Shown: positions 1-10,864 of the stretch, one piece after another
Position numbering within the stretch: position 1 is the stretch's first letter
Layout of the letters: each line of letters opens with the position of its first letter
Source of the DNA: Eledone cirrhosa
Lineage: Eukaryota
DNA: 64,000 nucleotides
Assembly (NCBI GenBank): GCA_964016885.1
Contig: OZ024762.1
Coordinates: 27,838,001 to 27,902,000, forward strand
Direction: 5' to 3'
Notes under the pieces: model-generated
The model's database searches: none
What the model was told of the DNA's origin: nothing
The model's input: the letters and a program-made list of their open reading frames with translations, nothing else
Translations under genes and position numbers: made by a program

Positions 1-31
<31 letters not shown>

Positions 32-72
32 CGTTTCTGAATTTGTTTAGCAACATGACCCTCCCAAAGTAT

Positions 73-163
<91 letters not shown>

Positions 164-168
<5 letters not shown>

Positions 169-308
169 GTGGTTACACAACAGTTAGTTCACCATACCGA
201 GAACAATTGTTACACCTTAGCGGATCCTCAGCATTACGAGCTGAGGATCCGCTAAGGTGAAACAATTTTTCTTGGTATGGTGAACTAACTGTTGTGTTAC
301 CACTTCTA
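164..308. repeat. Fold-back inverted repeat (~69-bp arms, 7-nt loop) of a PLE pseudo-LTR fragment
   Basis: 164-232 is the near-perfect reverse complement of 240-308; flanked by (TA)n. Confidence 0.9.
237..274 (+). ncRNA. Minimal type I hammerhead ribozyme motif (degenerate)
   Basis: Consensus of the two arms: CGAG-CUGAGGA-UCC GCUAA GGU-GAAA-CAAUUG-UU-CUCG; each arm carries point mutations. Confidence 0.6.
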
Positions 309-374
309 CCTAACTCGTCCCATGGACTGATTGCTCTGCCACTACGGATATTACCTTCCAGTGTTCTACAACTA

Positions 375-670
375 TATATATATATATATATATATGTGTA
401 GGTATGTATGTCTGACAGGTATAATCATGTGTATGGGTGTAGTAAGTAGGCTCATATTTGTGTAAGTGTATATGTATGTGTGTGTATGTTCATGTATGTG
501 TATGTGTCTATGTATGCGTGTATATACATTTCAATATATATGAGTACATATATATATATATCTATGTGTGTGAATGTATAGGTCTGTATATATATACATA
601 TGTGTGTGTATGTATATATATATATATATATGAGTGTGTATGTATGTATATATGTGTGTGTGTATAGGTG

Positions 671-701
<31 letters not shown>

Positions 702-712
702 ATGTATAGGTG

Positions 713-773
<61 letters not shown>

Positions 774-777
774 ATAG

Positions 778-833
<56 letters not shown>

Positions 834-844
834 TTGCATAGGTG

Positions 845-887
<43 letters not shown>

Positions 888-898
888 TTGCATAGGTG

Positions 899-950
<52 letters not shown>
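375..950. repeat. Compound (TA)n/(TG)n microsatellite with recurring TGCATAGGTG unit
   Basis: Visible in sequence; the overlapping ORFs are low-complexity artefacts. Confidence 0.95.
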
Positions 951-951
<1 letters not shown>

Positions 952-1139
952 ATTTGTCTCACCATATGTCCACATCTACAGAATTGGCTGAAATATTCAA
1001 CTCAACAGAAAGAAAGACCCTTTATGTAGAAGAAAGTCCTTAATTTGAGGAAGAATTCCCTACTTCAGTTAAAACATATGGTTCTTTGTGAGAGAGGGGC
1101 AAATTGGGGGTGGGTGGGGTTGGCATCATGATGGTTCTG

Positions 1140-1850
1140 GCAGTAGTGGGTTTAGTGGTGGTGGTGGTCCTAGTAGTAGCTATGGTGATGGTGATGTGGA
1201 TGATGGTTAAGCTGGTGGCGGTGGTGATGGTGGTGGTGAAGTAGTAGTTGCTATGCTGGTGGTGGTGATGGTATTGGTGTTGATAGGATGGTGGTGGTGG
1301 TGGTATTGGTAGGATGGCGGTGGTGGTGATGGTATTGGTGTTGGTAGGGTGGTGGTGGTGGTGGTGATGGTATTGGTGTTGGTAGGGTGGTGGTGGTGGT
1401 AGGATGGTGGTGGTGGTGGTGATGGTATTGGTGTTGGTAGGATGGTGGTGGTGGTGATGGTATTGGTGTTGGTGGTGGTGGTGGTGGTGGTAGGATGGTG
1501 GTGGTGATGGTATTGGTGTTGGTAGGATGGTGGTGGTGGTGATGGTATTGGTGGTGGTGGTGGTGGTAGGATGGTGGTGGTGGTGGTGGTGGTGGTGGTG
1601 GTATTGGTGTTGGTAGGGTGGTGGTGGTGGTGGTGGTGGTAGGGTGGTGGTGGTGGTGGTATTGGTGTTGGTAGGGTGGTGGTGGTGATGGTTCTGGCAT
1701 TGATTGTGGTGATGGTAGTAGTGGCTATGCTGCTGGTGGTGGTGGTATATGAGGGTATTGGTGTTGGTAGGGTAGTGGTGGTGCTGGTGCTAGTGCTAAT
1801 AGGGATGATGGTGATGTTGATGTTGATGATGATGATGATGATGGGAGGAA
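1140..1850. repeat. (GGT)n-rich degenerate tandem repeat
   Basis: Recurring GGTATTGGTGTTGGTAGG units in GGT runs. Confidence 0.9.
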
Positions 1851-2193
1851 GAGGGGGAGCGTGTGATAGTGGAGGGTGCTAATGTGTTGATGATGATGGG
1901 AGGAGGAGGAAGAGGGTGTGATACTGTGGGGGTAGGGCTATTGTGTTTGATTTCTGCAAGTGGTGTGGTGGGCAGGGTGTGCCTCAGACGCTCTACTATA
2001 CACCGCCTTCCACTGTTACCCTATATCTAATGAAATACTCATATATTCCTGTGGCCATATGTTGCAGTTAATTTTCGAAAATTATAAAGAATCTGGAAGG
2101 TTGAAGGATTTGTAGAGAGGAAGAGGGAGAGGAGATGGATAGATTGACAGATAGATAGACAGATAGATAGATAGACAGATAGATAGATAGATA

Positions 2194-5100
2194 TGTTTCT
2201 TTTATTTGCCACCAGGGCATCAAAAGTGGGACAAGTACAATGGGGGGAGTTTACAAAACAAGGCGTCCTCAATAAGGAGGAGGCAATAACAATATATAAA
2301 AATAAAATAAAATATAACAAAAAATAAAATTTATAACAAAGTCCTCAATAGAGAGGAGGCGCCTTGGGGGGGTCGCACACACCCCCGAAAAAAGTGTGCA
2401 ACCCTTCTCCTCAGGAGCACAGAGAAGGGGTGCTCCCTTGGTCTTTCATCTTCCTCACCTATAGTCTGATGTAGAGTGAAGGCCCATTCACACGGGCCAT
2501 TCTCGCCACTTTCACCCACCTTTCATAAAAACGACTGGGGTGCAGCACCTCTCTCTCCATCCTGATCCTTCTTCCGAAATGATATCGGAAGAAACGGACC
2601 AGTTGTTGGCCAGAGAGAAAGGTGCCTGACCTCAGTCCTTTCAGACGCGTCCACCATACAACCTCTTTCGCCATGGCTATTACGCACAGAAACACCGCCT
2701 CTGCTTCATCTTTGAAGCGGGGAGGCGGCTTGATCGTTACAATAGACTCGGTGGTCAACCGGATCGGTCCCACCCTTGACAGCAGTTGTTCGACATAGCC
2801 CCACAGATCGGCAATGCCCGAGCAGTGTACCAATGCGTGTGCAACGGTTTCCTCGTCGCACACGCATCTGGGACAGATCTTTTTGGCGGGGTCCCTACCC
2901 GGGCGCCCGTGTCTGTAGAGCCTTTCTCGAACGGGTAAAGCCCCTCGGTAGCACTGCCAGGCCAGGGACTTCTGGAAGTTGTCCATAGGTCCCGGGCTGA
3001 ATGTCCTACCGAACAGGCTGGCCAGTTCGTCCTCCTCCATGTCTAGGGCTTCTCCGAGGGCGTCGTCGCACCTGCTGCGTACCAGCCCTCTATAGAATGT
3101 TGCGGTGGAGTCTCCACTGATAACCGGATCCACCTGCCAGAGGGCGGTGAGCGCCTGGGCACACTCAGTGTGCCAGGCGCCCAGTTTTCTCGGTCTTTGC
3201 TTGACCCAGGATTGCAGCTCGGTGAGTGAGACGAGTCTGGGAAAGGTTCGTCTCACAAACGAGGCCCACACCGGTTGTCCGGTGAGGAATACGTAGAGGT
3301 GCCGTAGCCTTAATGCGTGTTTACGCATCATTAGCCACGGCATCCCCAGCCCTCCTTTCGAAGGGTGTTGACAGCAGATGGATCTCCTCACCATAGGAGC
3401 CCGCCTCTTCCAAAGGAATTGGAAGAGCGCGCGCTCCATCTTGGTGAGGGTTTCCCTTGGGCAGGGCACTACGGTCAGGCGGTAGTAGATGACGGATGCT
3501 ATATAAGTGTTCGCCACCTCCGCCCGACCTTTCAGGGATAGTTTGCAACTGGCCCACTTCTGGGTCAGTGCAAACACCCTGTTCGTAACCTCCGCCCAGT
3601 TTTTCTCCACCTGGAGGTCCGGTCCGAACCAGACCCCGAGCAACTTCACCGGGCCCTCCGTCCAGCGTCCGACGACGCCATCGGAGGGCATCATTCTGCC
3701 CCTCCATGTGCCGAGTTGCAAACCGATCGACTTGTCCCGGTTCAGCTTAGCCCTTGTGAACTTTTCGTACTCCTCCAGTAAGGTGCCGACCGCCTCGATT
3801 TCCGAGGCCGTCGACACCATTACTGTCACATCATCGGCGTAGGCTGACACCGCTTTCCGCAATCCCGGTTCCAAAGGGATGCCCTGCAACAACTCCAACT
3901 TCCGCAATAGTGGCTCGAGAGTCAACACATACAGAAGGGAGGAGAGAGGGCACCCTTGTCGGATGGACCGCGCGATTTTGAACGGCTCCGAGAGGTAGCC
4001 GTTCACCTTGACCCTAGAGCAGATGCGGCTGCTGTGCATAGCAGTGATCCAGCCCCTGAAAACGGGTCCGAAGCCTGCCGCCGCTAGCACCGCATCCAGG
4101 TAACCATGGTCGACCCTATCGAACGCCTTAGATTGATCCAAGTTGATCAGAGCCCCACCAAAGCCGGGTTCGTTCCCAACCCTCTCTATGATGTATCGCA
4201 TGAGGTGGAGGTTGTCATGGATGGACCTGGACGGGATAGCGCATGTCTGCGCATCTCCCACCAGGTTGCCCACGACAAGCGCCAACCTCTTTGCTAGCAC
4301 CTTGGCCAAAATCTGTAACTCTGTATTTAGCAGAGTTATGGGCCTGAAGTTACTTATTTCGTCCCCCTTGTTCTCGTCCTTCCTCACTAGCGTGACTACG
4401 CCCTTGGTCACAGTACAGGGAATTCTCCCGTTCTGTTGCCAGTTGCAGTAGACCGCCTCGAGGAGATCGGGGAACAAGTCCGGCATAGCTAGATATAATT
4501 CGTAAGGAAGACCATCGAGACCCGGGGATTTGCGTTTGCCGCATTGGCTCAGCACGTCCTCTATCTCAGCGGCCAAAATCGGCTCCTCGCAGGACTTCGC
4601 CTCCCTGTCCGAGAGGCGCGGCAGGCCGTCGAGGTATGGACCGAAGTCCACGTTCCCAACCGGCTCCCCGCCCCTCCCGAACAGTCGGGCAAAGTGCCTT
4701 TGAAAGGCCTCACACATCTGCTTAGGCTCAAGAATCGCCCGTCCATCCAGGTCTCGCAAAGACCGGATGGTGGATTTAGTTCCACTGTTGGCCTCTGTCA
4801 CGCGGGCCCAGCTAACAGCTTTGGTCCCCTCGTTCCCTAGAGCACGTATTTTACTTCGGACAACGCAGCCTTCCTGCTTCGCGTCGAAAAACTGGCTCAA
4901 AGCCGTTCTCGACGCTAGCACTCTGGCCACGTCGCCGCTTCTAATTGCCTCTTCTACTCTATCTATTAGCTCCCTTTCCTTCCTATTCCTATCCGCAGCT
5001 AGAACCTTACTAAATTCAATCGAGACTACTCTAATCTCTCTCTTTAGAGATACCCACCACCTGCTGTTGACGATCGCTCCAGTCAACCGTTCCTTAACTA

Positions 5101-5929
5101 ACGTACTAATCCGATTCCTGTAGGCTCTACTTGCCGGCAAGGACAAGTTGAGCTTCCAGTAACCGGGGCCCTGTCTATGCGTTCTATCAAGGTTGACCAT
5201 GCAGGTCACCAACTTGTGGTCTGAATAGCCAACCATGAACATTTCTGGACAGCTTAAAAAGTCCCTGTCCTTATTTCTAACTAAAAATCTATCTAGGTAC
5301 GACCTAGATGATCCGCTGCGATTTGACCAAGACCAGGTTGGCACCGTCGGAAAATCTAGTCGAAATCTATCGGCCAGGTCAAATCGGCCGAGTAACCCCT
5401 TGAGGCTGTTGCACCCCTCTCTATCAGGACATGCCCCTGCATAGTCCCAACGTGCATCCAGGATACCATGCCAATCCCCCACTAAAAGCAGGGAACGGGA
5501 CGTCCCTAGAAAAGACTCCAGACGCTGGAAAAAGTCGGGCCGCTCTGTCCCAAAAGGGGCATATGCGGCTATCAGCCTAAAGGCTCTACCTTCACCACTG
5601 CCAAGGTCCAGCACCACCAGTCGACCCCCTGGGTCCAAGTGAACTATCTGTGTTGCAAGGCCCATATGTTTTTGCAGCAGAACGACAACCCCACCCCCAC
5701 CTCCGGGCTGACAGAGAGATGCGTGCATCTCAAAGTCGTCAAAGGTGGGGGCTAGCTGTCGCATGCTGCTGATCCGGGCCTCGCAGATAACTATCACATT
5801 TATAGATTGTGACCTGAGGTCATTTAGAAGCATTGCTTGCTTCCAAGACGAGCCCAGGCCACGCGCATTTAGACACCCTACTCTTAGCACAGCCATGTTG
5901 GTGGTAAAGAGAAAAGGCACTTACCTCTC
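2194..5929 (-). mobile_element. Tx1/L1-clade non-LTR retrotransposon, copy 1 (ORF2 plus 3' UTR; no ORF1), embedded in (GATA)n
   Basis: APE-RT-CCHC ORF; 3' end AATAAAAGAAACA runs into (TATC)n; (AGAT)n at both junctions. Confidence 0.9.
2459..5896 (-). CDS. LINE ORF2 protein: AP endonuclease, reverse transcriptase and C-terminal CCHC zinc knuckle (Tx1/L1-like), 1145 aa from ATG 5896
   Basis: Motifs CLNARG, GDWH, LDRF, SDHK (APE); KSPGLDG, FRPITLLN, DQSKAFDRV, RQGCPLS, YADD (RT); CPRC...HALVHC; uninterrupted frame. Confidence 0.92.
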   Translation of the reverse strand: MAVLRVGCLNARGLGSSWKQAMLLNDLRSQSINVIVICEARISSMRQLAPTFDDFEMHASLCQPGGGGGVVVLLQKHMGLATQIVHLDPGGRLVVLDLGSGEGRAFRLIAAYAPFGTERPDFFQRLESFLGTSRSLLLVGDWHGILDARWDYAGACPDREGCNSLKGLLGRFDLADRFRLDFPTVPTWSWSNRSGSSRSYLDRFLVRNKDRDFLSCPEMFMVGYSDHKLVTCMVNLDRTHRQGPGYWKLNLSLPASRAYRNRISTLVKERLTGAIVNSRWWVSLKREIRVVSIEFSKVLAADRNRKERELIDRVEEAIRSGDVARVLASRTALSQFFDAKQEGCVVRSKIRALGNEGTKAVSWARVTEANSGTKSTIRSLRDLDGRAILEPKQMCEAFQRHFARLFGRGGEPVGNVDFGPYLDGLPRLSDREAKSCEEPILAAEIEDVLSQCGKRKSPGLDGLPYELYLAMPDLFPDLLEAVYCNWQQNGRIPCTVTKGVVTLVRKDENKGDEISNFRPITLLNTELQILAKVLAKRLALVVGNLVGDAQTCAIPSRSIHDNLHLMRYIIERVGNEPGFGGALINLDQSKAFDRVDHGYLDAVLAAAGFGPVFRGWITAMHSSRICSRVKVNGYLSEPFKIARSIRQGCPLSSLLYVLTLEPLLRKLELLQGIPLEPGLRKAVSAYADDVTVMVSTASEIEAVGTLLEEYEKFTRAKLNRDKSIGLQLGTWRGRMMPSDGVVGRWTEGPVKLLGVWFGPDLQVEKNWAEVTNRVFALTQKWASCKLSLKGRAEVANTYIASVIYYRLTVVPCPRETLTKMERALFQFLWKRRAPMVRRSICCQHPSKGGLGMPWLMMRKHALRLRHLYVFLTGQPVWASFVRRTFPRLVSLTELQSWVKQRPRKLGAWHTECAQALTALWQVDPVISGDSTATFYRGLVRSRCDDALGEALDMEEDELASLFGRTFSPGPMDNFQKSLAWQCYRGALPVRERLYRHGRPGRDPAKKICPRCVCDEETVAHALVHCSGIADLWGYVEQLLSRVGPIRLTTESIVTIKPPPRFKDEAEAVFLCVIAMAKEVVWWTRLKGLRSGTFLSGQQLVRFFRYHFGRRIRMEREVLHPSRFYERWVKVARMARVNGPSLYIRL

Positions 5930-5958
5930 AGATAGATAGATAGATAGATAGATAGATA

Positions 5959-8197
5959 TGTTTCTTTTATTTGCCACCAGGGCATCAAAAGTGGGACAAG
6001 TACAATGGGGGGAGTTTACAAAACAAGGCGTCCTCAATAAGGAGGAGGCAATAACAATATATAAAAATAAAATAAAATATAACAAAAAATAAAATTTATA
6101 ACAAAGTCCTCAATAGAGAGGAGGCGCCTTGGGGAGTCGCACACACCCCCCAAAAAAGTGTGCAACCCTTCTCCTCAGGAGCACAGAGAAGGGGTGCTCC
6201 CTTGGTCTTTCATCTTCCTCACCTATAGTCTGATGTAGAGTGAAGGCCCATTCACACGGGCCATTTTCGCCACTTTCACCCATCTTTCATAGAAACGGCT
6301 GGGGTGCAGCACCTCTCTCTCCATCCTGATCCTTCTTCCGAAATGATATCGGAAGAAACGGACCAGTTGTTGGCCAGAGAGAAAGGTGTCTGACCTCAGT
6401 CCTTTCAGACGCGTCCACCATACAACCTCTTTCGCCATGGCTATTACGCACAGAAACACCGCCTCTCCTTCATTTTTGAAGAGGGGAGGCGGCTTGATCG
6501 TTACAATAGACTCGGTGGTCAACCGGATCGGTCCCAACCTTGACAGCAGTTGTTCGACATAGCCCCACAGATCGGCAATGCCCGAGCAGTGTACCAATGC
6601 GTGTGCAACGGTTTCCTCGTCGCACACGCATCTGGGACAGATCTTTTTCGATGGGTCCCTACCCGGGCGCCCGTGTCTGTAGAGCCTTTCTCGAACGGGC
6701 AGAGCCCTTCTGTAGCATTGCCAGGCCAGGGACCTCTGGAAGTTATCCATGGGTCCCGGGCTGAATGTCCTACCGAACAGGTTGGCCAGTTCGTCTTCCT
6801 CCATGCCTAGGGCTTCTCCGAGGGCGTCGTCGCACCTGCTAACCACCAGCCCTCTATAGAATGACGAGGTGGATTCTCCACTGACAGCCGGGTCCGCCTG
6901 CCAGAGAGCCGTGAGCGCCTGGGCACACTCGGTGTGCCAGGCGCCCAGTTTTTCTCGGTCTTTGCTTGACCCAGGATTGCAGCTCGGTGAGTGAGACGAG
7001 TCTGGGAAAGGCTCGCCTCACAAACGGGGCCCACACCGGTTGACCGGAGAGGAATACCTGGAGGTGCCATAGCCTTAATGCGTGTTTACGTATCATCAGC
7101 CACGGCATCCCCAGCCCTCCTTTCGAAGGGTGTTGACAGCAGATGGAGCTCCTCACCATAGGAGCCCGCTTCTTCCAAAGGAATTGGAAGAGTGCGCGCT
7201 CCATTTTGGCGAGCGTTTCCCTTGGGCAAGGCACAACGGTCAGGCGGTAGTAGATGACGGACGCTATATAAGTGTTCGCCACCTCCGCCCGACCTTTCAG
7301 GGACAGTTTGCACTCGGCCCACTTCTGGGTCAGTGCAAAAACCCTGCTCGTCACCTCACCCCAGTTCTTCTCCACCTGGAGGTCTGGTCCGAACCAGACC
7401 CCGAGCAATTTCACCGGGCCCTCCGTCCAGCGCCCGACGACGCCATCGGAGGGCATCATTCTGCCCCTCCACGTGCCGAGTTGCAGACCGATCGACTTGT
7501 CCCGGTTCAGCTTAGCCCCTGTAAACCTTTCGTACTCCTCTAGTAAGGTGCCGATCGCCCCGATTTCCGAGGCCGTCGACACCATTACTGTTACGTCATC
7601 GGTGTAGGCTGACACCGCTTTCCGCAATCCCGGTTCCAACGGGATGCCCTGCAACAACTCCAACTTCCGCAGCAGTGGCTCTAGAGTCACTACATACAGA
7701 AGGGAGGAGAGAGGGCACCCTTGTCGGATGGACCGCGCGATTTCGAACGGCTCCGAGAGGTAGCCGTTCACCTTGACCCTAGAGCAGATGCGGCTGCTGT
7801 GCATGGCATTGATCCAGCCCCTGAAAACGGGTCCGAAGCCTGCCGCCGCTAGCACCGCATCCAGGTAACCATGGTCGACCATATCGAATGCCTTAGATTG
7901 ATCCAAGTTGATCAGGGCCCCACCAAAGCCGGGTTCGTTCCCAACCCTCTCTATGATGTATCGCATGAGGTGGAGGTTATTGTGGATGGACCTGGACGGG
8001 ATAGCACATGTTTGCGCATCTCCCACCAGGTTGCCCACGACAAGCGCCAACCTCTTTGCTAGCACCTTGGCCAAAACCTGTAACTCTGTATTTAGCAGAG
8101 TTATGGGCCTGAAATTATTTATATCGTCCCCCTTGTTCTCGTCCTTCCTCACTAGCGTGACTACGCCCTTGGTCACAGCACAGGGAATTCTCCCGTT
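5959..8197 (-). pseudogene. Tx1/L1-clade LINE, copy 2, 5'-truncated and frameshifted
   Basis: Same 3' UTR and RT as copy 1; extra T near 6950 splits ORFs 6854-8176 and 6223-6846; YADD changed to YTDD; 5' junction abuts (AGAT)n. Confidence 0.92.
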
Positions 8198-8572
8198 AGA
8201 TAGATAGATAGATAGATATGTAGGTAGGTAGATAGATGGATGGATGAATGGATTGTAAGATAGCTATGTAGGTAAGGGGGTAAAAAGGTATGTAGGTAGA
8301 TAGATAGATAAATGGATGGATTGATAGATAGATGGATAGTTAGATAGATATATAGGTAGATAGGTAGATAAGTTGATAGATAGATATGGAGTGGGTTGTT
8401 GGAGAGATTAAGAGAAAGAGAGAGAAATATACAGACTTACAGGAAGAGAGACTGATTGACAGATTCAGAGAGTGAGAGAGATTCAGAGACAGAGAGACAG
8501 ACAGGAAAGATGAAAGAGAAACTGACAGACAGAGAGAGACAGACAGACAGACAGATACAGAGAGACAGAGCG

Positions 8573-8625
<53 letters not shown>
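8198..8625. repeat. (GATA)n/(GACA)n/(GA)n microsatellite tract
   Basis: Visible in sequence. Confidence 0.9.
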
Positions 8626-8627
<2 letters not shown>

Positions 8628-8989
8628 AGGCAAAGAATGGTAATATGGGTGGAGAAATTTTTGAATATTGAATATATACAGGATTAAGTGAAGAATTTCC
8701 TGGAAGTTAGTCTCAGAAAATTCTTCATTCTCTTCTTTATTTTCATTCATTGAAAATTTGTTAGAAACATGTAAGGAATGGAAGACCATCCCTCCTCAAC
8801 TGGGTGGAGGAACTTCCTGTAATAGTTGCAATGTTTGTATATTTGTATATCTTAACATTTTACTCATTGATAAAGATCAGTTTATTACAGAAGGGGGTGA
8901 CTGTTTTATCAAAAAGATTTGTGACTTTAACCCTGTAATACACTTTAATTTAAATGAAATACACTGTATCTCATTTCATCAGGCTTCTA

Positions 8990-9175
8990 CCATATTCTGA
9001 ATGCCATGCTTCCCTGGGCATGGATATATTAAAGCTCCAATGTCTGGCAGTTTATGGTTAATAATCTTGTGGGTAGACACCCACAAGATTATTAACCATC
9101 TTTCCAACAAAAACCTTGAGCACTTTTTTGAATTCCATGGACGTGCTTTACAAAATCAGAAAACAGTACAGCTCC
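8990..9175 (+). mobile_element. CR1-like LINE 3' ORF2 fragment (related copy at ~9960-10110)
   Basis: Similar to reverse complement of 53530-53600 (KIINHL..NPEHLFEFH). Confidence 0.55.
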
Positions 9176-9229
9176 CATGACTTAGGGAAAATAAGTTAAC
9201 AAACGTTACATACACATACACATTATATG

Positions 9230-9306
<77 letters not shown>

Positions 9307-9374
9307 TGAAGTAAAAGTTAAGTGGGAATATCCAAGAGTAAGAGCACTCAGTCCATAGGACGAGTTCAGTATAA

Positions 9375-9520
9375 ATAATTACAACAGTGACATGAACAGG
9401 TACTCAAGTTTCGTTGGGTTCTGGGCCCCAATTTCTTCAACCTGTCATGACAGCCTGAAGACATTGAAGAAAAGAACCCAACGAAACTTGAGTACCTGTT
9501 CATGTCACTTTTGTAATTAT
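9375..9520. repeat. Fold-back inverted repeat of a PLE pseudo-LTR fragment
   Basis: 9375-9422 pairs with 9473-9520; inner TTTCTTCAA/TTGAAGAAA. Confidence 0.85.
9396..9445 (-). ncRNA. Type I hammerhead-like motif (UUGAAGA core variant)
   Basis: ACAGG-UUGAAGA-AA UUGGG..CCCAA C-GAAA-CUUGAG-UA-CCUGU. Confidence 0.55.
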
Positions 9521-9529
9521 ATATATATA

Positions 9530-9715
9530 ATTGCAAACTTGACTGTCACCACATATTATGAACCTGAAGATTGCGAAAGCATGAAAGTACTTGTTCAATT
9601 AACACTTAGAATTTAATATTCTATCATACTATTTCATTATAATACCATTATAAATTTTAAAGGATTGTAAATAAAACGAGTAAATCAGACAAGGTTGGAA
9701 TTCCTCTTATTAATA
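9530..9715 (+). mobile_element. Solo PLE pseudo-LTR (second copy ~16955-17145, minus strand)
   Basis: Two near-identical ~180-bp copies, each carrying the hammerhead motif and bounded by (TA)n. Confidence 0.7.
9559..9597 (+). ncRNA. Minimal type I hammerhead ribozyme with palindromic stem III
   Basis: UGAAC-CUGAAGA-U UGC GAAA GCA U-GAAA-GUAC-UU-GUUCA; identical copy on the minus strand at 17072-17110. Confidence 0.75.
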
Positions 9716-10107
9716 TATATATATATATACACATATATATTTTAAAAAAGGAAAAGAATTACTTCACTTGTAATTCTAAACAATTTGATTTAATTTTATA
9801 TTATAATTTTACAATTCAGTTTTGTAGCTCTAATAAGTTCTTTGTTAACATCAGTGGGGAGATTTTTAAAGATTCCTGGTTAACTTTCCTGGAGAACTTT
9901 CTCGCATTCATGGGTGGCGATTGTCATATATATATATATATACACACATACATATACATACCATACTCTGAATGCCTTGCTTCTGTGGGCATGGATACAT
10001 TAAAGCTCTGACATCTGGCAAGTGAGTTGGTAGACACCCACAATATTATTAACCATCTTGCCAACAACAACCCTGAGCACCTTTTTGAATTCCATATGTC
10101 TCACACC

Positions 10108-10643
10108 AATGTTAAGGTATTGTTCTCAAAACAAACAATATCAAACTCTTATAGATTCGATATTATATGAGATAATTATGTAAAGTAAAGAAAGCCTTTA
10201 CTGTGAAAATACAATAGTAAATATAAAATAATTGTTTCTACTTTTGGCACAATGCCAGCAATTACGCCAGTGCATTACTGGCACTTTGCCTTTCATCCTT
10301 ATGTGGTTGATAAAATAAAGTTTTATCTCGGTGGAATTTGAATTCAGAATGTAAAGGGACATAACACTATGCTGCAAAGCATGGTGTCTGGCCCTCTACC
10401 GATACTGCCAATCCACCAATATAAAATAATTGTTTCTACTTTTGACACAAGGCCAGCAATTACGCCAGTGCATTACTGGTACTTTATTTTATCTACCCCG
10501 TAAGGATGAAAGGCAAAGTTAACCTCAGTGGGATTTGAACTAAAAGTGTAAAGGACCATAACTCTATGCTGCAAAGCATGGTGTCCAACGCTCTACAAGA
10601 TTCTGCCAATCCAATATAAAAAAATGTAAATGCTAAAGGGTTA
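10108..10643 (+). mobile_element. TTAA-targeting (piggyBac-like) MITE, 3' part, interrupted by two SINE insertions (~10228-10613, minus strand)
   Basis: Matches the 26696-26911 MITE; ends TAAATGCTAAAGGGTTAA; AATATAAAA repeated at the SINE junctions. Confidence 0.7.
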
Positions 10644-10864
10644 AAAGTATTTTTACTTAACACTCATGAATCACTTATCTACAATCTTACAACATACATT
10701 TTCATCAGTACTTCATACAAACAGCCTGTTAAAATTGGTGACAACCCAACATTTCAAACACATAGCATTCTGAAACAAACAACATGCAGAATTTCTGAAT
10801 ATAACCTTCTTTCAACAGAATAACATGAAACATTTCTGAATGCAACTTTCTTTCATCAGCTTAG

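Noticed and set aside
43-1882. YIYI, HTHT, poly-Pro/His/Val/Thr ORFs here and throughout the ORF track
   Set aside because: Translations of microsatellites; no coding evidence.
2776-8207. Plus-strand ORFs overlapping the LINE ORFs
   Set aside because: Antisense shadows of GC-rich coding sequence with no recognisable motifs.
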